This document shows positions 18,699-29,493 of a stretch of 64,000 nucleotides of DNA, one piece after another. Every line of letters begins with the position of its first letter. The stretch's first letter is position 1. Under the pieces are notes generated by a model that made no database searches, was not told the origin of the DNA, and saw nothing but the letters and a program-made list of their open reading frames with translations. The stretch is from an uncultured Methanosarcinales archaeon. GTDB taxonomy: Archaea; Nanobdellota; Nanobdellia; Woesearchaeales; CAYSVS01. Made by a program: the position numbers and the translations under genes. The stretch is from positions 1 to 64,000 of the forward strand of contig CAZPRK010000003.1 of NCBI GenBank assembly GCA_964589485.1. Reading direction: 5' to 3'.

Positions 18699-19589
18699 AT
18701 GAGCTTAGATATAATAGTAAATGATGGCAAGAAAGAAGTACCTACTTTTATAACCCATTTTGTTAATAGTGACAGTAATACAGAAGAAAGCAAAGTATTC
18801 AAACCATATAGAAAAAATAAAGAAGAAATTATGGGTACTAAAGCTGTAACAGTAGACTTGAAAGGATATATTAACGAAATCTATCAAAGACAATTTCCTA
18901 ATGATGAAAATGATTATTTTTCTGAAAAAGATGAAACAAGAGAAATTGAAGGAATTAAAACAAGACTAAAAGAAAATCCATTTTTTAAACATTTTAATAT
19001 TAATGATGGTAAAATGATTGCGTTCTGGGATACAACTAGTGAAATTCATCACAGAGATATGATGGCACATATTTTTAATGAATTAAAAGAAGAATTATTC
19101 TTATACGCTACACAACTCGAAACACATATCAATGATGAACTAGATCAATCTATGGAAGTAGATCCTTTACTAAAAATTTGTGAATTTATTGAAGAAGGAA
19201 TTAAAGGAATGTTAAATAGAAAAGCTGTAGTTGGTTCAAAAGAAGTATCAGAAGAATATAAATTAATGTTAAAATATAGTCAAGGCTTTCAGATTAGCTC
19301 AGTTAATAAAGATTATATTGACAATGAAAATCTTCCAATACTTGAACTAGAATTTGATTCAGCAATAACAAGAGATCAAGAAAAATATAAATGTAAACCT
19401 AGTAAAAAAGAAAACGGAGAACATTTAAGATTCTTTTTAAAAAATATAATAGGAGAAATTAGAACACAATTTATTAATGTTCCAAAAAGTCACCAATTTG
19501 CTAGAGACACATATAATATAAAAAGCATAAACCCAAAAAGTGAAGTTGAAACAGTAAAACTAGAACTATATGTTAATGAGGTTCAATAA
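18699..19589 (+). CDS. hypothetical protein
   Basis: 296-aa ORF, no motif recognised; 1 nt from the next gene. Confidence 0.7.
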   Translation: MSLDIIVNDGKKEVPTFITHFVNSDSNTEESKVFKPYRKNKEEIMGTKAVTVDLKGYINEIYQRQFPNDENDYFSEKDETREIEGIKTRLKENPFFKHFNINDGKMIAFWDTTSEIHHRDMMAHIFNELKEELFLYATQLETHINDELDQSMEVDPLLKICEFIEEGIKGMLNRKAVVGSKEVSEEYKLMLKYSQGFQISSVNKDYIDNENLPILELEFDSAITRDQEKYKCKPSKKENGEHLRFFLKNIIGEIRTQFINVPKSHQFARDTYNIKSINPKSEVETVKLELYVNEVQ

Positions 19590-19590
19590 A

Positions 19591-20376
19591 ATGAGAATAG
19601 CAGCTTTTGGAGATATACACGGTAGAATTGGTGCTTTATATGAATCAGTTCAAAGATGGGAAAATATAAATGGTTTAAAAATAGATTTCATTTTACAAGC
19701 AGGAGATATAGGCTATTTTTCAGATAAAAGTAAAATAGACAGTGTAACATTGAAACGTTCTAAAAAAGACACATCAGAACTTGAATTATATTTAGCACTT
19801 CAAAATCCAAGAAAATTAACTAGAATTCAAAAAGGAATTTTAGCGCCTTTATATTTTGTTGATGGAAATCATGATGATCAAGATGGACTTGAAAGATTAA
19901 CTAATGAACATTCAGATCAAGGCCTAATAGAAATCGCAAACAACATTTTTTATATAAGTTCTACATCACCAATAATCTTAGAAAAATATAATGAAAAAGT
20001 AAAATTATCCGGAATAGGCGGAATAGATTCTGAAGATAGACCTAAAGCTTATGCTAAAGATTCAAGAATAGCTTTTACAGAAGAAGAGATTATTAAAATG
20101 ACTATGTGTCAAAATATTGATATTATTTTATCACATATGCCTCCAGCAGGAGCAAAAAATGGATCTCAATTATTAAAAGAAGCAATTGAAGAAATTCAAC
20201 CAAAATATAGTTTTTCAGGACATAGAAATCAATATACCGAATTTAATATAGGACCAACTCAATGTTTTAACTTAAATAAAGTTGAAAAAGAAAACCCACA
20301 TAATAACTTTTCAAATGGATCAATGATAGTTATAGAAATAAATAAAAATGGTTCTAAAGTAATTACTCAACCTTAA
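19591..20376 (+). CDS. calcineurin-like metallophosphoesterase
   Basis: GDIHG, AGD, GNHD, SH.PP, SGH motifs; start 19591 with GAGGT SD. Confidence 0.88.
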   Translation: MRIAAFGDIHGRIGALYESVQRWENINGLKIDFILQAGDIGYFSDKSKIDSVTLKRSKKDTSELELYLALQNPRKLTRIQKGILAPLYFVDGNHDDQDGLERLTNEHSDQGLIEIANNIFYISSTSPIILEKYNEKVKLSGIGGIDSEDRPKAYAKDSRIAFTEEEIIKMTMCQNIDIILSHMPPAGAKNGSQLLKEAIEEIQPKYSFSGHRNQYTEFNIGPTQCFNLNKVEKENPHNNFSNGSMIVIEINKNGSKVITQP

Positions 20377-22759
20377 CTTCTTTTCCAAATACTATTTCTT
20401 TAGCTCTAGTTGTTGCTTTAATATCATCTAAGGCAGTAGAAATCAACTTTTCATACTTATTAGGAATTGTTAATTTATCTATTTCAATTTTTAAAGACAT
20501 CTTATTATCACTTTTATATTTTCTAACAAAGCTAATTACTTCAATTATAGCATCTCCTGCTTCTTCTGAATCATTGTCAATATATTTCTTTTCAAATTTA
20601 GGCCACTCTGAAATATGAATTGAATTTTCTCCTTCAAATGCTTCAAAAAATAATTTATATATTTTTTCAGTAATAAATGGCATAATTGGTGATAAAAGCT
20701 TCATTGAATATAATAAAGAACGATATAATGCAAATTGAGCAGCTTGTTTTTCTTCTTTTCCCCTTGTATCAGGATTATATAACCTATCTTTTACTATTTC
20801 TAAATATTGATCACATAAAATTTGATAGAAGAATTTTTCAGTTTCTAATTTAGCCTTAGAAAAATCATGTTTTTCAAAACTGTCAGTGCAAAAATCTATT
20901 AATTTATGCACCTTACTTAAAATCCATCTATCCATTAACTGTAACTTAGGTTTTAACTTAATATCAAAATCTTCTAAATGCATAAAACTAAACTTACTCG
21001 CATTCCAAATTTTATTAGTTATTTTAACTCCTGTTACTAAATCTTTTTCTTGGAAAGGAAAATCTTCTCCTAATTTACATCCAGCCGACATAAACCTTAA
21101 AGCATCTGCTGAATATTTTTCAATCATACCTTGAGGTTCAACTATATTACCTAATTTCTTAGACATCTTTTTTCCTTTTGAGTCTAACATCCAGCCATTA
21201 ATAAAACAATCATTCCATGGCTTTTGTTTAAAATGTAATTTACTCTTAACAACAGTATTAAATAACCAAAAAGAAATTATATCATGTCCTTGAGGTCTAA
21301 GGTCCATAGGTTGTTTTATTAATTTATCATATATAGGTGTTCCTTTAAACAAATCTTTTACAATTAAAGGCGTCAATGATGAAGTAGCCCAAGTGTTAAT
21401 AATATCTTTCTCACCAATAAACTTTTTACTTTTACATTTAACACATTCCTTAACTGGTGGTTTGTCATTTAATGGATCTACAGGTAAATCTTTTTCCTTT
21501 GCTAAATATATTTCACCACATTCACAATACCAAACTGGAAAAGGAATTCCAAAATAAATTTGTCTACTAATACACCAATCCCATTGTAATCCGTTTACCC
21601 AGTTATCATAACGGTTTTTCATGTGCATAGGGAACCATTGTAATTCGTTTCCCCATTTTAACATATCTTCCTTTAAATCTAAATATTGAATAAACCATTG
21701 TTTACTATGAACAAATTCTACTTCACTCCCACATCTTTCATGTGTATTTACAGCGTGAGTTATTTCTTTTTGATTAACTAATAGTTTGTTTTCTTTCAAA
21801 CCTTCAATAATCTTTTCTCTAGCTTCTTTTACTTTTAACCCTTGATAACCATTAGCTATTTCTGTCATTTTTCCATCACGAGAAATAGCCATTTTAATAG
21901 GTAAATCGTGTTGTTTTTGCCATTCTATATCTGTTTGATCACCAAACGTACAACACATTACAATCCCTGTTCCTTTTTCTGGGTCTGCCTTTTCATCTGG
22001 CAATATCGGAACTTCAAAATTAAATAAAGGAACAGTAGCTTTTTTTCCTTCATATTTTTTATACCTTTTATCTTCAGGATGAAAAAATATTGCAACACAT
22101 GCAGATAATAATTCAGGTCTAGTTGTAGCAACAACTAAATCTTTTCCATCTACTTTGAAAATAATATCGTTAAATGATGATTTTAATTCTTCATCTTGTA
22201 ATTCAACTTGTGCAACTGCAGTTTGACAAGAAGTACACCAAATTACAGGAGCTTCTTTTCTGTAAGCTTTCCCTTTTTCATATAAATCAATAAAACTCCA
22301 TTGACTTATTTTTCTGCAATGGTCATCTATTGTTGAATAACTTGCATCCCAATCACAACTTATTCCTAGTCTTTTCCAATCCGATAAATACTTTGGTCTT
22401 AATTCTTTAGCTAAAGTATCATTACATAATTTAATAAATTCCTCTCTATCCATTCTACTAGCTTTAACTTTTTTCATTTTTTGAATTAAAGTTTGAGTAG
22501 GCAATCCATTATCATCTGTTCCAAATGGTTGCAAAACATTAAATCCCTTCATTCTTCTATATCTTGCAACAAAATCTTGTTGAGAATTACCAAATGCATG
22601 TCCCATATGCATTTTTCCAGAAACTGTTGGCGGAGGTGTATCAATACTATAGATTTTCTTTTTTGAATTAACATCAAATGCAAAAATCTTATTACCTTCC
22701 CAGAATTTTTGAATTTCTGGTTCTTCAATTTTTGGATCATATTTATTAGGAATTTCCAT
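20363..22759 (-). CDS. valS: valine--tRNA ligase
   Basis: DTPPPTVSGKMHMGH, TTRPE, GTGIVMCCTFGD, DWCISRQ, RPQGHDII, KMSK. Confidence 0.97.
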   Translation of the reverse strand: MEIPNKYDPKIEEPEIQKFWEGNKIFAFDVNSKKKIYSIDTPPPTVSGKMHMGHAFGNSQQDFVARYRRMKGFNVLQPFGTDDNGLPTQTLIQKMKKVKASRMDREEFIKLCNDTLAKELRPKYLSDWKRLGISCDWDASYSTIDDHCRKISQWSFIDLYEKGKAYRKEAPVIWCTSCQTAVAQVELQDEELKSSFNDIIFKVDGKDLVVATTRPELLSACVAIFFHPEDKRYKKYEGKKATVPLFNFEVPILPDEKADPEKGTGIVMCCTFGDQTDIEWQKQHDLPIKMAISRDGKMTEIANGYQGLKVKEAREKIIEGLKENKLLVNQKEITHAVNTHERCGSEVEFVHSKQWFIQYLDLKEDMLKWGNELQWFPMHMKNRYDNWVNGLQWDWCISRQIYFGIPFPVWYCECGEIYLAKEKDLPVDPLNDKPPVKECVKCKSKKFIGEKDIINTWATSSLTPLIVKDLFKGTPIYDKLIKQPMDLRPQGHDIISFWLFNTVVKSKLHFKQKPWNDCFINGWMLDSKGKKMSKKLGNIVEPQGMIEKYSADALRFMSAGCKLGEDFPFQEKDLVTGVKITNKIWNASKFSFMHLEDFDIKLKPKLQLMDRWILSKVHKLIDFCTDSFEKHDFSKAKLETEKFFYQILCDQYLEIVKDRLYNPDTRGKEEKQAAQFALYRSLLYSMKLLSPIMPFITEKIYKLFFEAFEGENSIHISEWPKFEKKYIDNDSEEAGDAIIEVISFVRKYKSDNKMSLKIEIDKLTIPNKYEKLISTALDDIKATTRAKEIVFGKEVKVE

Positions 22760-22848
22760 AAGAGATAGAATTATTATGTCTTATTTAAATGTTTTTGGTC
22801 AAATTGTAAAACATAAATATTTATAAATAACCATAAAATAATATTTTT

Positions 22849-23169
22849 ATGCCAATCAGACCACAAGAAATTTCAGATTTTGTTTTAGATCTTAGTAATT
22901 TTAAAGAAAACTTAATAGAAAAAATTGATATTGATTTAAGTATTCAATTACAGGGAAAACCTGGAGATACGAAGGCTCAAGTAATTCTTAATGTTCCAAG
23001 TGGTTATTTAAATGAAGCTAAAGAAGTTTTTGAACTATATAAAGAAAATGGTTGGGAGGTTTTTCCTTTTGAAGCCAATAGAGTAGAGTATCATCAATTA
23101 ACTGTTGATTTTTACACATCTGAAACTCTTGAAAATATGAGAAACGTTCATAAAAATAGAAAATATTAG
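22849..23169 (+). CDS. hypothetical protein
   Basis: 106-aa ORF with TATA (tttataaa) about 25 nt upstream. Confidence 0.6.
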   Translation: MPIRPQEISDFVLDLSNFKENLIEKIDIDLSIQLQGKPGDTKAQVILNVPSGYLNEAKEVFELYKENGWEVFPFEANRVEYHQLTVDFYTSETLENMRNVHKNRKY

Positions 23170-23208
23170 TGCCAAAAACTTATTAATAACTTATTATTTC
23201 TTTAATCC

Positions 23209-24405
23209 ATGATTCCATTTGTTAAAAAATATGAACCTAAACATTCAAATGAAGTTGTAGGTCAAGATGGTCCAGTTGCAAATTTAAAAAGTTTTATTCT
23301 TGACTTTAAAAATCAGAAAAATAAAGCAATTGTATTATATGGACCTCCAGGATGTGGGAAAACTAGTAGCGTATACGCAGTAGCAAATGAATTAAATTTA
23401 GAGTTAATTGAAGTTAATGCATCTGATTTTAGAAATAAAGATATGATAAACGCAACCATAGGAAATGCATCTCAACAAATGTCTTTATTTATGAAAAACA
23501 AAATAATACTCGTTGATGAAATAGATGGCTTATCTGGACAAAAAGATAGAGGCGGAATTGTCGAAATAGTAAGAATAATAGATGAAACTAAATTTCCTTT
23601 AATTTTAACTGCTCAAAATCCATATGATCAAAAATTTAAAAATGTAAGGAAAAAAACAGACTTAATTCAATATGAAACATTAGATCATAATTATATATTT
23701 TCATTTCTTAAACAAATTTGTGAAAAAGAAAATATAAAATATGATGAGAAATCTTTAAAAGGACTTTCTCATAGAAGTGGAGGAGATTTAAGAGGTGCAC
23801 TTATTGATTTAGAAATTCTTTCAGCTGGTAAAAAAACAATTAATTCAGAAATGTTAGATGAATTATATGGAAGAAAACAAACCGAAAGTATGTTGCAAGC
23901 ATTAGTAAAAATATTCAAAACTACAAGTGCAGAAATAGCTTTATCGGCATTTGATAATGTTGAAGAAGATTTAGATCAAAGTTTTTTATGGATTGATGAA
24001 AACTTACCAAAAGAATATAAAAAAAAGAAAGACCTTGAAAAAGCATATAGGTCACTTGCATTAGCTGACATCTTTAGAAGTAGAATTAGAAGATGGCAAT
24101 ATTGGAGATTTTTAGTTTATGTAAATACATTTCTTACTGTTGGAGTTGCAACAGCAAAAGATGAAAAATATAAAGAATTTATTCAATATAAACCAACAAT
24201 GAGATTATTAAGAATATGGCAAGCAAATATGAGTAATGCAAAGAAAAAAAGTATAGCTGAAAAAATAGCTACATTAACACATACTTCTACTAAAAGAATT
24301 ACCAATGATTTTGAAATATATAAAGTAATTTTAAAAAACAATAAAGAATTAATTGGGCAATTAGAATTAAATGATGATGAAATTAAATGGTTAAATAAAC
24401 CTTAA
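23209..24405 (+). CDS. rfcL: replication factor C large subunit
   Basis: KY.P, GPPGCGKT, EVNASD.R, DEID, GDLR, WIDENLP, AD.F..RI. Confidence 0.93.
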   Translation: MIPFVKKYEPKHSNEVVGQDGPVANLKSFILDFKNQKNKAIVLYGPPGCGKTSSVYAVANELNLELIEVNASDFRNKDMINATIGNASQQMSLFMKNKIILVDEIDGLSGQKDRGGIVEIVRIIDETKFPLILTAQNPYDQKFKNVRKKTDLIQYETLDHNYIFSFLKQICEKENIKYDEKSLKGLSHRSGGDLRGALIDLEILSAGKKTINSEMLDELYGRKQTESMLQALVKIFKTTSAEIALSAFDNVEEDLDQSFLWIDENLPKEYKKKKDLEKAYRSLALADIFRSRIRRWQYWRFLVYVNTFLTVGVATAKDEKYKEFIQYKPTMRLLRIWQANMSNAKKKSIAEKIATLTHTSTKRITNDFEIYKVILKNNKELIGQLELNDDEIKWLNKP

Positions 24406-26648
24406 ACTCCTCCTCTTAAAATTGAAGCTGCTATTAAATTAAACAAAAAAATTACAACAAAACCTATTCCTACATATAACGCAGTACTGTTTAACAAATT
24501 TTTTCCTACTTCATATCTTTCACTTAATTTATCTGCTCCATTCTCAATACCATTAGCTAAAACTGTCAAAATATAAATAATCTGAACAACATATAGCCCA
24601 ACTACAATTTGAAAATAATACGTTGGAACACTTGGAGTTTTAAACATTTCAACTAAACCTCCCATTCCTCCTGCTGCAGTTCCTCCTTCAGAAGTAATCT
24701 TAGATATTTGTGCAGTTAATTTTCCTAGAATTGTTGTTACCATTGATGTAATACCAATAACAATCCCAGCAATGGCAGGAGTTAAAAATTTAATTTGACC
24801 TTTAATACTAGCTATATTTTCTGCCATTAAATCTTGTAATCTTTCATTTACTTTATGCATTTCTTTAATATATTGAGAAATGTTAATTAATGCTTGTGCT
24901 GCTACCTTTGGTCCTTTTTTCACACTCTCAGTTAAAACTTTCATAGAACTTTCTATTAAATTAGATGGATACATTGCTAAAGCTCCAGCATTCGGATCAA
25001 AAACAGCTTGTTCAACACTCATTCCTAAACGCTTTACATTATTGGAAGCTAGCTCGAAAAATTTCCCTGAAATAGTTCCTTCCATTGTTTGTGCAACTTT
25101 TCCAAAAGCCATTTCTGCAGGAAAACCATCCCCTAAAGTATTACCTAATTGGAATAACGCGGAAGCAAATTCTTTTTCTAACTTCTTAGATTCATTTCTA
25201 ATTTCAATTATATTTGCAGATTTTAAATGATAGTAAAGACCAAAACCAACACCTATGGCTAAAGTAACCGATAAACTTAACAAAGTAGCAAACAAACCAA
25301 ACGGTCCTATTAAATCTCCAGTATTACAATCAGATTGTCCAACTGGACATTTATATTCAAGGAATGCAAACTTAGGAGGTAATTCAGGAATTGAGTTAAG
25401 TACAGTAAATCCACGATTTTCAAGGTATACAATATCCCAAGTAGGATTAACAAAATTTAATATTAAAGGTAAAACTCCAATTAATAAAAAAAATACAGCT
25501 ACAATAATTGAAATATGTAATGGTTTCATAACTACTCCTAATATTTTTTTTCCTTGAAAAGATTGTAAAGCTGGGTTATCTGCAATATCTGTTTGTCCAT
25601 ATCCCGAAGGTCTAGAAGCTAAAATGGTTGTTCCTAAATAATATACTAATATTGGTAAAAATATGTTATATAAAGTTGAAATATGATACCATTTTACTTC
25701 TTCCATAAAACTAACAACCAAAGGTAAAATAACTAAACCCAAAATAGGAAGAATAATTCCCATCATATTTAACATAGTAATTGGTTGTTGTAAATTTTGT
25801 GCATAATGCAACATTTTTTCATATGTTTCATCAAGCATAGTTGATAATGATTTATCTAATAAACTAACACGTCTATCTTCATCTGATTCCAATAAACTTC
25901 CCTCTATCAAATGAAAAGATTCTACAAATTCCATATTTGTTTCTTTCCAATTGTCAAGGTATGCAGCTAATGAATCTTGAATTGTTCCATATTTTTCAGT
26001 TTCAACATCCCATAAAACTTTCCTAAGGTCAAGATTAAGAGGAGCACTAAGATGTTGACTTGCAAACTCAACAGCAAGTTCCAAATTAGAAGTATGCCTC
26101 ATATATGTAACTACATAAAAAATACATAAAACCATTTGACTACTAGCTTTCATTTTCCAATTATTAGACATAAACACCGGTAATTGTCTTAATGGAGCAT
26201 AAATAATAAGAGCAACAACTGCAAAAAACATTACAAAAAACATTATTGGTCCACTTCCAAAAAGAATCGGTATAAGAGCACTAAAAACTAATGCTCCAAT
26301 TAAAAAAATTAACAAAGGACCTAAAATTGCAAACGAAGCTACACCAGAAGGTGTTATATTAATATGAATAGTATCAATTGCATCTTGCCAAACTTGAGCA
26401 TCTTTATCGCTAGGTTTAATTTTAAAAATTTTCTCAGAATAATTACAAGCTTTTTCATACCATGTCATTTGTTTTGGCAAAAATGCTTTTTTAAATTCAT
26501 TATATTCTCTACTAGTTACAGGTTGAGGTTGACCTCCGCCAGCCATAGAAACAGATGCGTCAGTTTCAGAATAATCTAATTCGGAATTTAATTTATCTTT
26601 AAATTTAGATGCAAGATCTTTTATTTCATCTTTTTCAAATTCACTCAT
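24402..26648 (-). CDS. type II secretion F / TadC-ArlJ-like platform membrane protein
   Basis: Multi-TM, two T2SSF-like soluble domains (YMRHTSNLELAVEFA; ALFQLGNTLGDGFPAE); overlaps the ATPase gene. Confidence 0.75.
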   Translation of the reverse strand: MSEFEKDEIKDLASKFKDKLNSELDYSETDASVSMAGGGQPQPVTSREYNEFKKAFLPKQMTWYEKACNYSEKIFKIKPSDKDAQVWQDAIDTIHINITPSGVASFAILGPLLIFLIGALVFSALIPILFGSGPIMFFVMFFAVVALIIYAPLRQLPVFMSNNWKMKASSQMVLCIFYVVTYMRHTSNLELAVEFASQHLSAPLNLDLRKVLWDVETEKYGTIQDSLAAYLDNWKETNMEFVESFHLIEGSLLESDEDRRVSLLDKSLSTMLDETYEKMLHYAQNLQQPITMLNMMGIILPILGLVILPLVVSFMEEVKWYHISTLYNIFLPILVYYLGTTILASRPSGYGQTDIADNPALQSFQGKKILGVVMKPLHISIIVAVFFLLIGVLPLILNFVNPTWDIVYLENRGFTVLNSIPELPPKFAFLEYKCPVGQSDCNTGDLIGPFGLFATLLSLSVTLAIGVGFGLYYHLKSANIIEIRNESKKLEKEFASALFQLGNTLGDGFPAEMAFGKVAQTMEGTISGKFFELASNNVKRLGMSVEQAVFDPNAGALAMYPSNLIESSMKVLTESVKKGPKVAAQALINISQYIKEMHKVNERLQDLMAENIASIKGQIKFLTPAIAGIVIGITSMVTTILGKLTAQISKITSEGGTAAGGMGGLVEMFKTPSVPTYYFQIVVGLYVVQIIYILTVLANGIENGADKLSERYEVGKNLLNSTALYVGIGFVVIFLFNLIAASILRGGV

Positions 26649-28926
26649 TCTTTTTCCTCTTTTTCAATTCATGTTTAAGCCATTCTTCCCATTCAAAAAA
26701 TATTCTTTTTGGATCCAAAGATCCAACTTCACTATGAACAGAGTCACATAAATTATGATACCTATCATTACATTTTATGACAAATTCAGCCTCAAGCAAA
26801 TCAAAGTCTTGAGTTTGTTCAGCATAATTAACAAGTGTTTCTTTAATTTTTGCTCGCAAGTTAATATTATCCCATACTGCATCCCAATTTCCGGCAAACT
26901 CTTTTATATTCCCTGCAATGTTTTTTAATATTTCGCTATCACCATTAATTAAATCAGATGTTGGTTCTAATAAATCTTTCTTTGCATCATATTTAAACAA
27001 ATCCATAAATCCTCCTTCAGACATAGGATCATTCTCCCAATTTTTTCTAACTTCAGTTATTTGAGTTACTCTTCTTAATTTTTTCATTCCTGAAGCGCTT
27101 TTAACTGGGTTTGCAACTATTATTATATCTGTTGCCTTAAAAGAAGTTTTAGGTACACCTATATCGTTAACAACCCTATCATAAACACCGTAAGGACTAT
27201 CACTATGTATTGTTCCAGCTACTACATTTGCAGCAGCACCAACTCTCATTGCTTCATATAAAGCTACAGCTTCCTTTGATCTAACTTCTCCTACAATTAA
27301 TGCACTATCACCTAATCTTAATGTTGCTCTAATTCCATCAGATGCATCCATCTCAGAAGTTCCCTTAGCTAATGCACTTGCAACTTTCATAGGTTGTACA
27401 TTGTACCCTAGTTTTCGTAAAGCATTTGTTGGTAGCTCTAAAGTGTCTTCAATAGTCAACATTCTATACCTTCTCATTATTTCAACTAACATTGACCCTA
27501 AGAAAGATGACTTACCAGAACTTCTAGTTCCTGCTATAAGCATTGTTCGTGTTCCATCAATTAAAAAACTAAGACAACCTGCAGCTAAGGGACTAATCAT
27601 TTTATTTTTCATAAAAAGTGGAAGTGTCCAAGGTTTATCCCTATGTCTTCTAAAACTAAAAGCTAACCCTGTTGGATCTAAAGGCTCAGTTATAACGCTA
27701 ACTCTTGAACTAGCTACGGGTAATTCGATTTCAGTATCTAATATTTGATTTGCTTCATCTAAAGGTCTACCAGACACCATTCTAAGTTTTGATGCCCAAC
27801 TTTCAGCTTCTTGACTTGTTGGAATTATATTAGTATAACAATCATCATAATCACTATGAACTACGTAAATAGGAGTATCTCCATACGGAGAATTAACTGA
27901 AATGTCTTGAATTTTTTCATCAGATAATAAAACTTCAATTAAACCAAAACCAACAGTATACCTAACTAAAATGTTTGCAAGCATACTAACTTCTTTTCCA
28001 CGTGGTTTATAATGCCTGTATTCCATTAATTCTTCAACTAAATCTTTACCAACATTAAAAAAAACTTCTCTCATTCGTTCAGGATCTACAAACTCTGAAC
28101 GTTTTGGTTTATGTTCTGCTAAAATTTTTCTTGCAAGATCTAAAATTTCATATTGTTCCTCGCTTAACTTAAATTCAGGCGGCATCAAATGATATAAATA
28201 CCTTACACTATCTGGGAATTTAAAAATTGTTACATCTGATTCTTCAGTTAATTCATAACTATCAATTTCTTCCCCATCATTTGGGAAATTAGACATTAAT
28301 TTTGTATACATAAAATCAGGTTTAATACTTGGTTGGAAAATTTTACGATAAACACTTCTATCCCCTATTTTATATCCTGGCAAATGTGGCTTAGCAATTG
28401 TTATTAACTTTGTAGCTTCAAGATGAGAAATAAAATAATTTAATAATTGAATATATTTTTGAATACAATTCTCAAACTTTTTATCGCTTAATGTATCTAA
28501 AGCTATTCTTTCACGCCTTTCTGTTCTCTTTAATTCTACATATGCACCTAAAGGATCATTTTTAAAAAGTCTTAAAACTAAATATTGAATTTCAGAATGC
28601 CATCTTGTTGCAAAAGTTTTACAATTAGGATCTGATGATAATTGATCAAAACTAAATAAACTTCTTTGCTTTATTAATTTTTTATATACATGAGCTATTT
28701 CAACTAATAAACCTGTTTGAAAATGTTCATATTCATAGTCACGTTTTTGTACATAAACTATCCTATTAATATCATTTACTTCAGACAATACATCAATTGT
28801 CTTTGACATAGTTATAGTGTTATCTTCTAATGAAGGCAAAAATGCACATTTTTCGCAATCAAAGCGAAGAATGTTCTCATCACCTTCGTGTAAAACATCA
28901 TAACTAAAACAAGATCCATCTGCCAT
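26641..28926 (-). CDS. type II/IV secretion system ATPase (TadA/CpaF/ArlI family)
   Basis: Walker A AGTRSSGKS, TIEDTLEL Asp box, Walker B LIVGEVR, GTIHS; N-terminal CxxC. Confidence 0.92.
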   Translation of the reverse strand: MADGSCFSYDVLHEGDENILRFDCEKCAFLPSLEDNTITMSKTIDVLSEVNDINRIVYVQKRDYEYEHFQTGLLVEIAHVYKKLIKQRSLFSFDQLSSDPNCKTFATRWHSEIQYLVLRLFKNDPLGAYVELKRTERRERIALDTLSDKKFENCIQKYIQLLNYFISHLEATKLITIAKPHLPGYKIGDRSVYRKIFQPSIKPDFMYTKLMSNFPNDGEEIDSYELTEESDVTIFKFPDSVRYLYHLMPPEFKLSEEQYEILDLARKILAEHKPKRSEFVDPERMREVFFNVGKDLVEELMEYRHYKPRGKEVSMLANILVRYTVGFGLIEVLLSDEKIQDISVNSPYGDTPIYVVHSDYDDCYTNIIPTSQEAESWASKLRMVSGRPLDEANQILDTEIELPVASSRVSVITEPLDPTGLAFSFRRHRDKPWTLPLFMKNKMISPLAAGCLSFLIDGTRTMLIAGTRSSGKSSFLGSMLVEIMRRYRMLTIEDTLELPTNALRKLGYNVQPMKVASALAKGTSEMDASDGIRATLRLGDSALIVGEVRSKEAVALYEAMRVGAAANVVAGTIHSDSPYGVYDRVVNDIGVPKTSFKATDIIIVANPVKSASGMKKLRRVTQITEVRKNWENDPMSEGGFMDLFKYDAKKDLLEPTSDLINGDSEILKNIAGNIKEFAGNWDAVWDNINLRAKIKETLVNYAEQTQDFDLLEAEFVIKCNDRYHNLCDSVHSEVGSLDPKRIFFEWEEWLKHELKKRKKNE

Positions 28927-29010
28927 CTATTAACCTCTCTTTAAATTAACAAGATTTAAATAATTTAAGTAATACAACATTAAAAAGGAATATATAAAGA
29001 TTGCTATAAA

Positions 29011-29469
29011 ATGGATCAAACAAACACAAACAAACCAACAGAACCTAAAAAAGAAGGCGGAATATTTGGCCATAAAGATAATTCAAAGGAATTAAATGAT
29101 AAAATTAATTTATTTAATGGTAGTCTTAATGATTTAACTAGAAGAATTAGGGTTTCTGAAGAAAGGTTTAGTAATTTAAGCAGAAGAAATCAATTAAGCG
29201 ATCAAAATAGTTTAAGTCAATTCAAAAAGGTTAATTCAGAATTTAGAACTATAGACGAAGAAATAATGGAACTGAAAAAAACTTTAGATAAAGTTAAAAA
29301 TACAATGGATTTAATAATTAAAGAAATAAAGTTACTTGCAAAAAAAGAAGATGTAAGTGTTTTGCAAAAATATATTAACCTGTGGGAACCTATGAATTTT
29401 GTAACTCAAAATGAAGTAGAAAAAATAGTTCAAAGAGCAATTGAAAGTAAAAAATCAAAAAGTTTATAA
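29011..29469 (+). CDS. coiled-coil hypothetical protein
   Basis: Heptad-rich; C-terminal VLQKYINLWEPMNFVT. Confidence 0.75.
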   Translation: MDQTNTNKPTEPKKEGGIFGHKDNSKELNDKINLFNGSLNDLTRRIRVSEERFSNLSRRNQLSDQNSLSQFKKVNSEFRTIDEEIMELKKTLDKVKNTMDLIIKEIKLLAKKEDVSVLQKYINLWEPMNFVTQNEVEKIVQRAIESKKSKSL

Positions 29470-29493
29470 AAAAATAAAGAGATGTAATATACA

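Noticed and set aside
24402..28926. Calling the ATPase and platform genes arlI/arlJ (archaellum)
   Set aside because: No archaellin, ArlF/G or ArlH nearby, and both proteins are longer than typical ArlI/ArlJ
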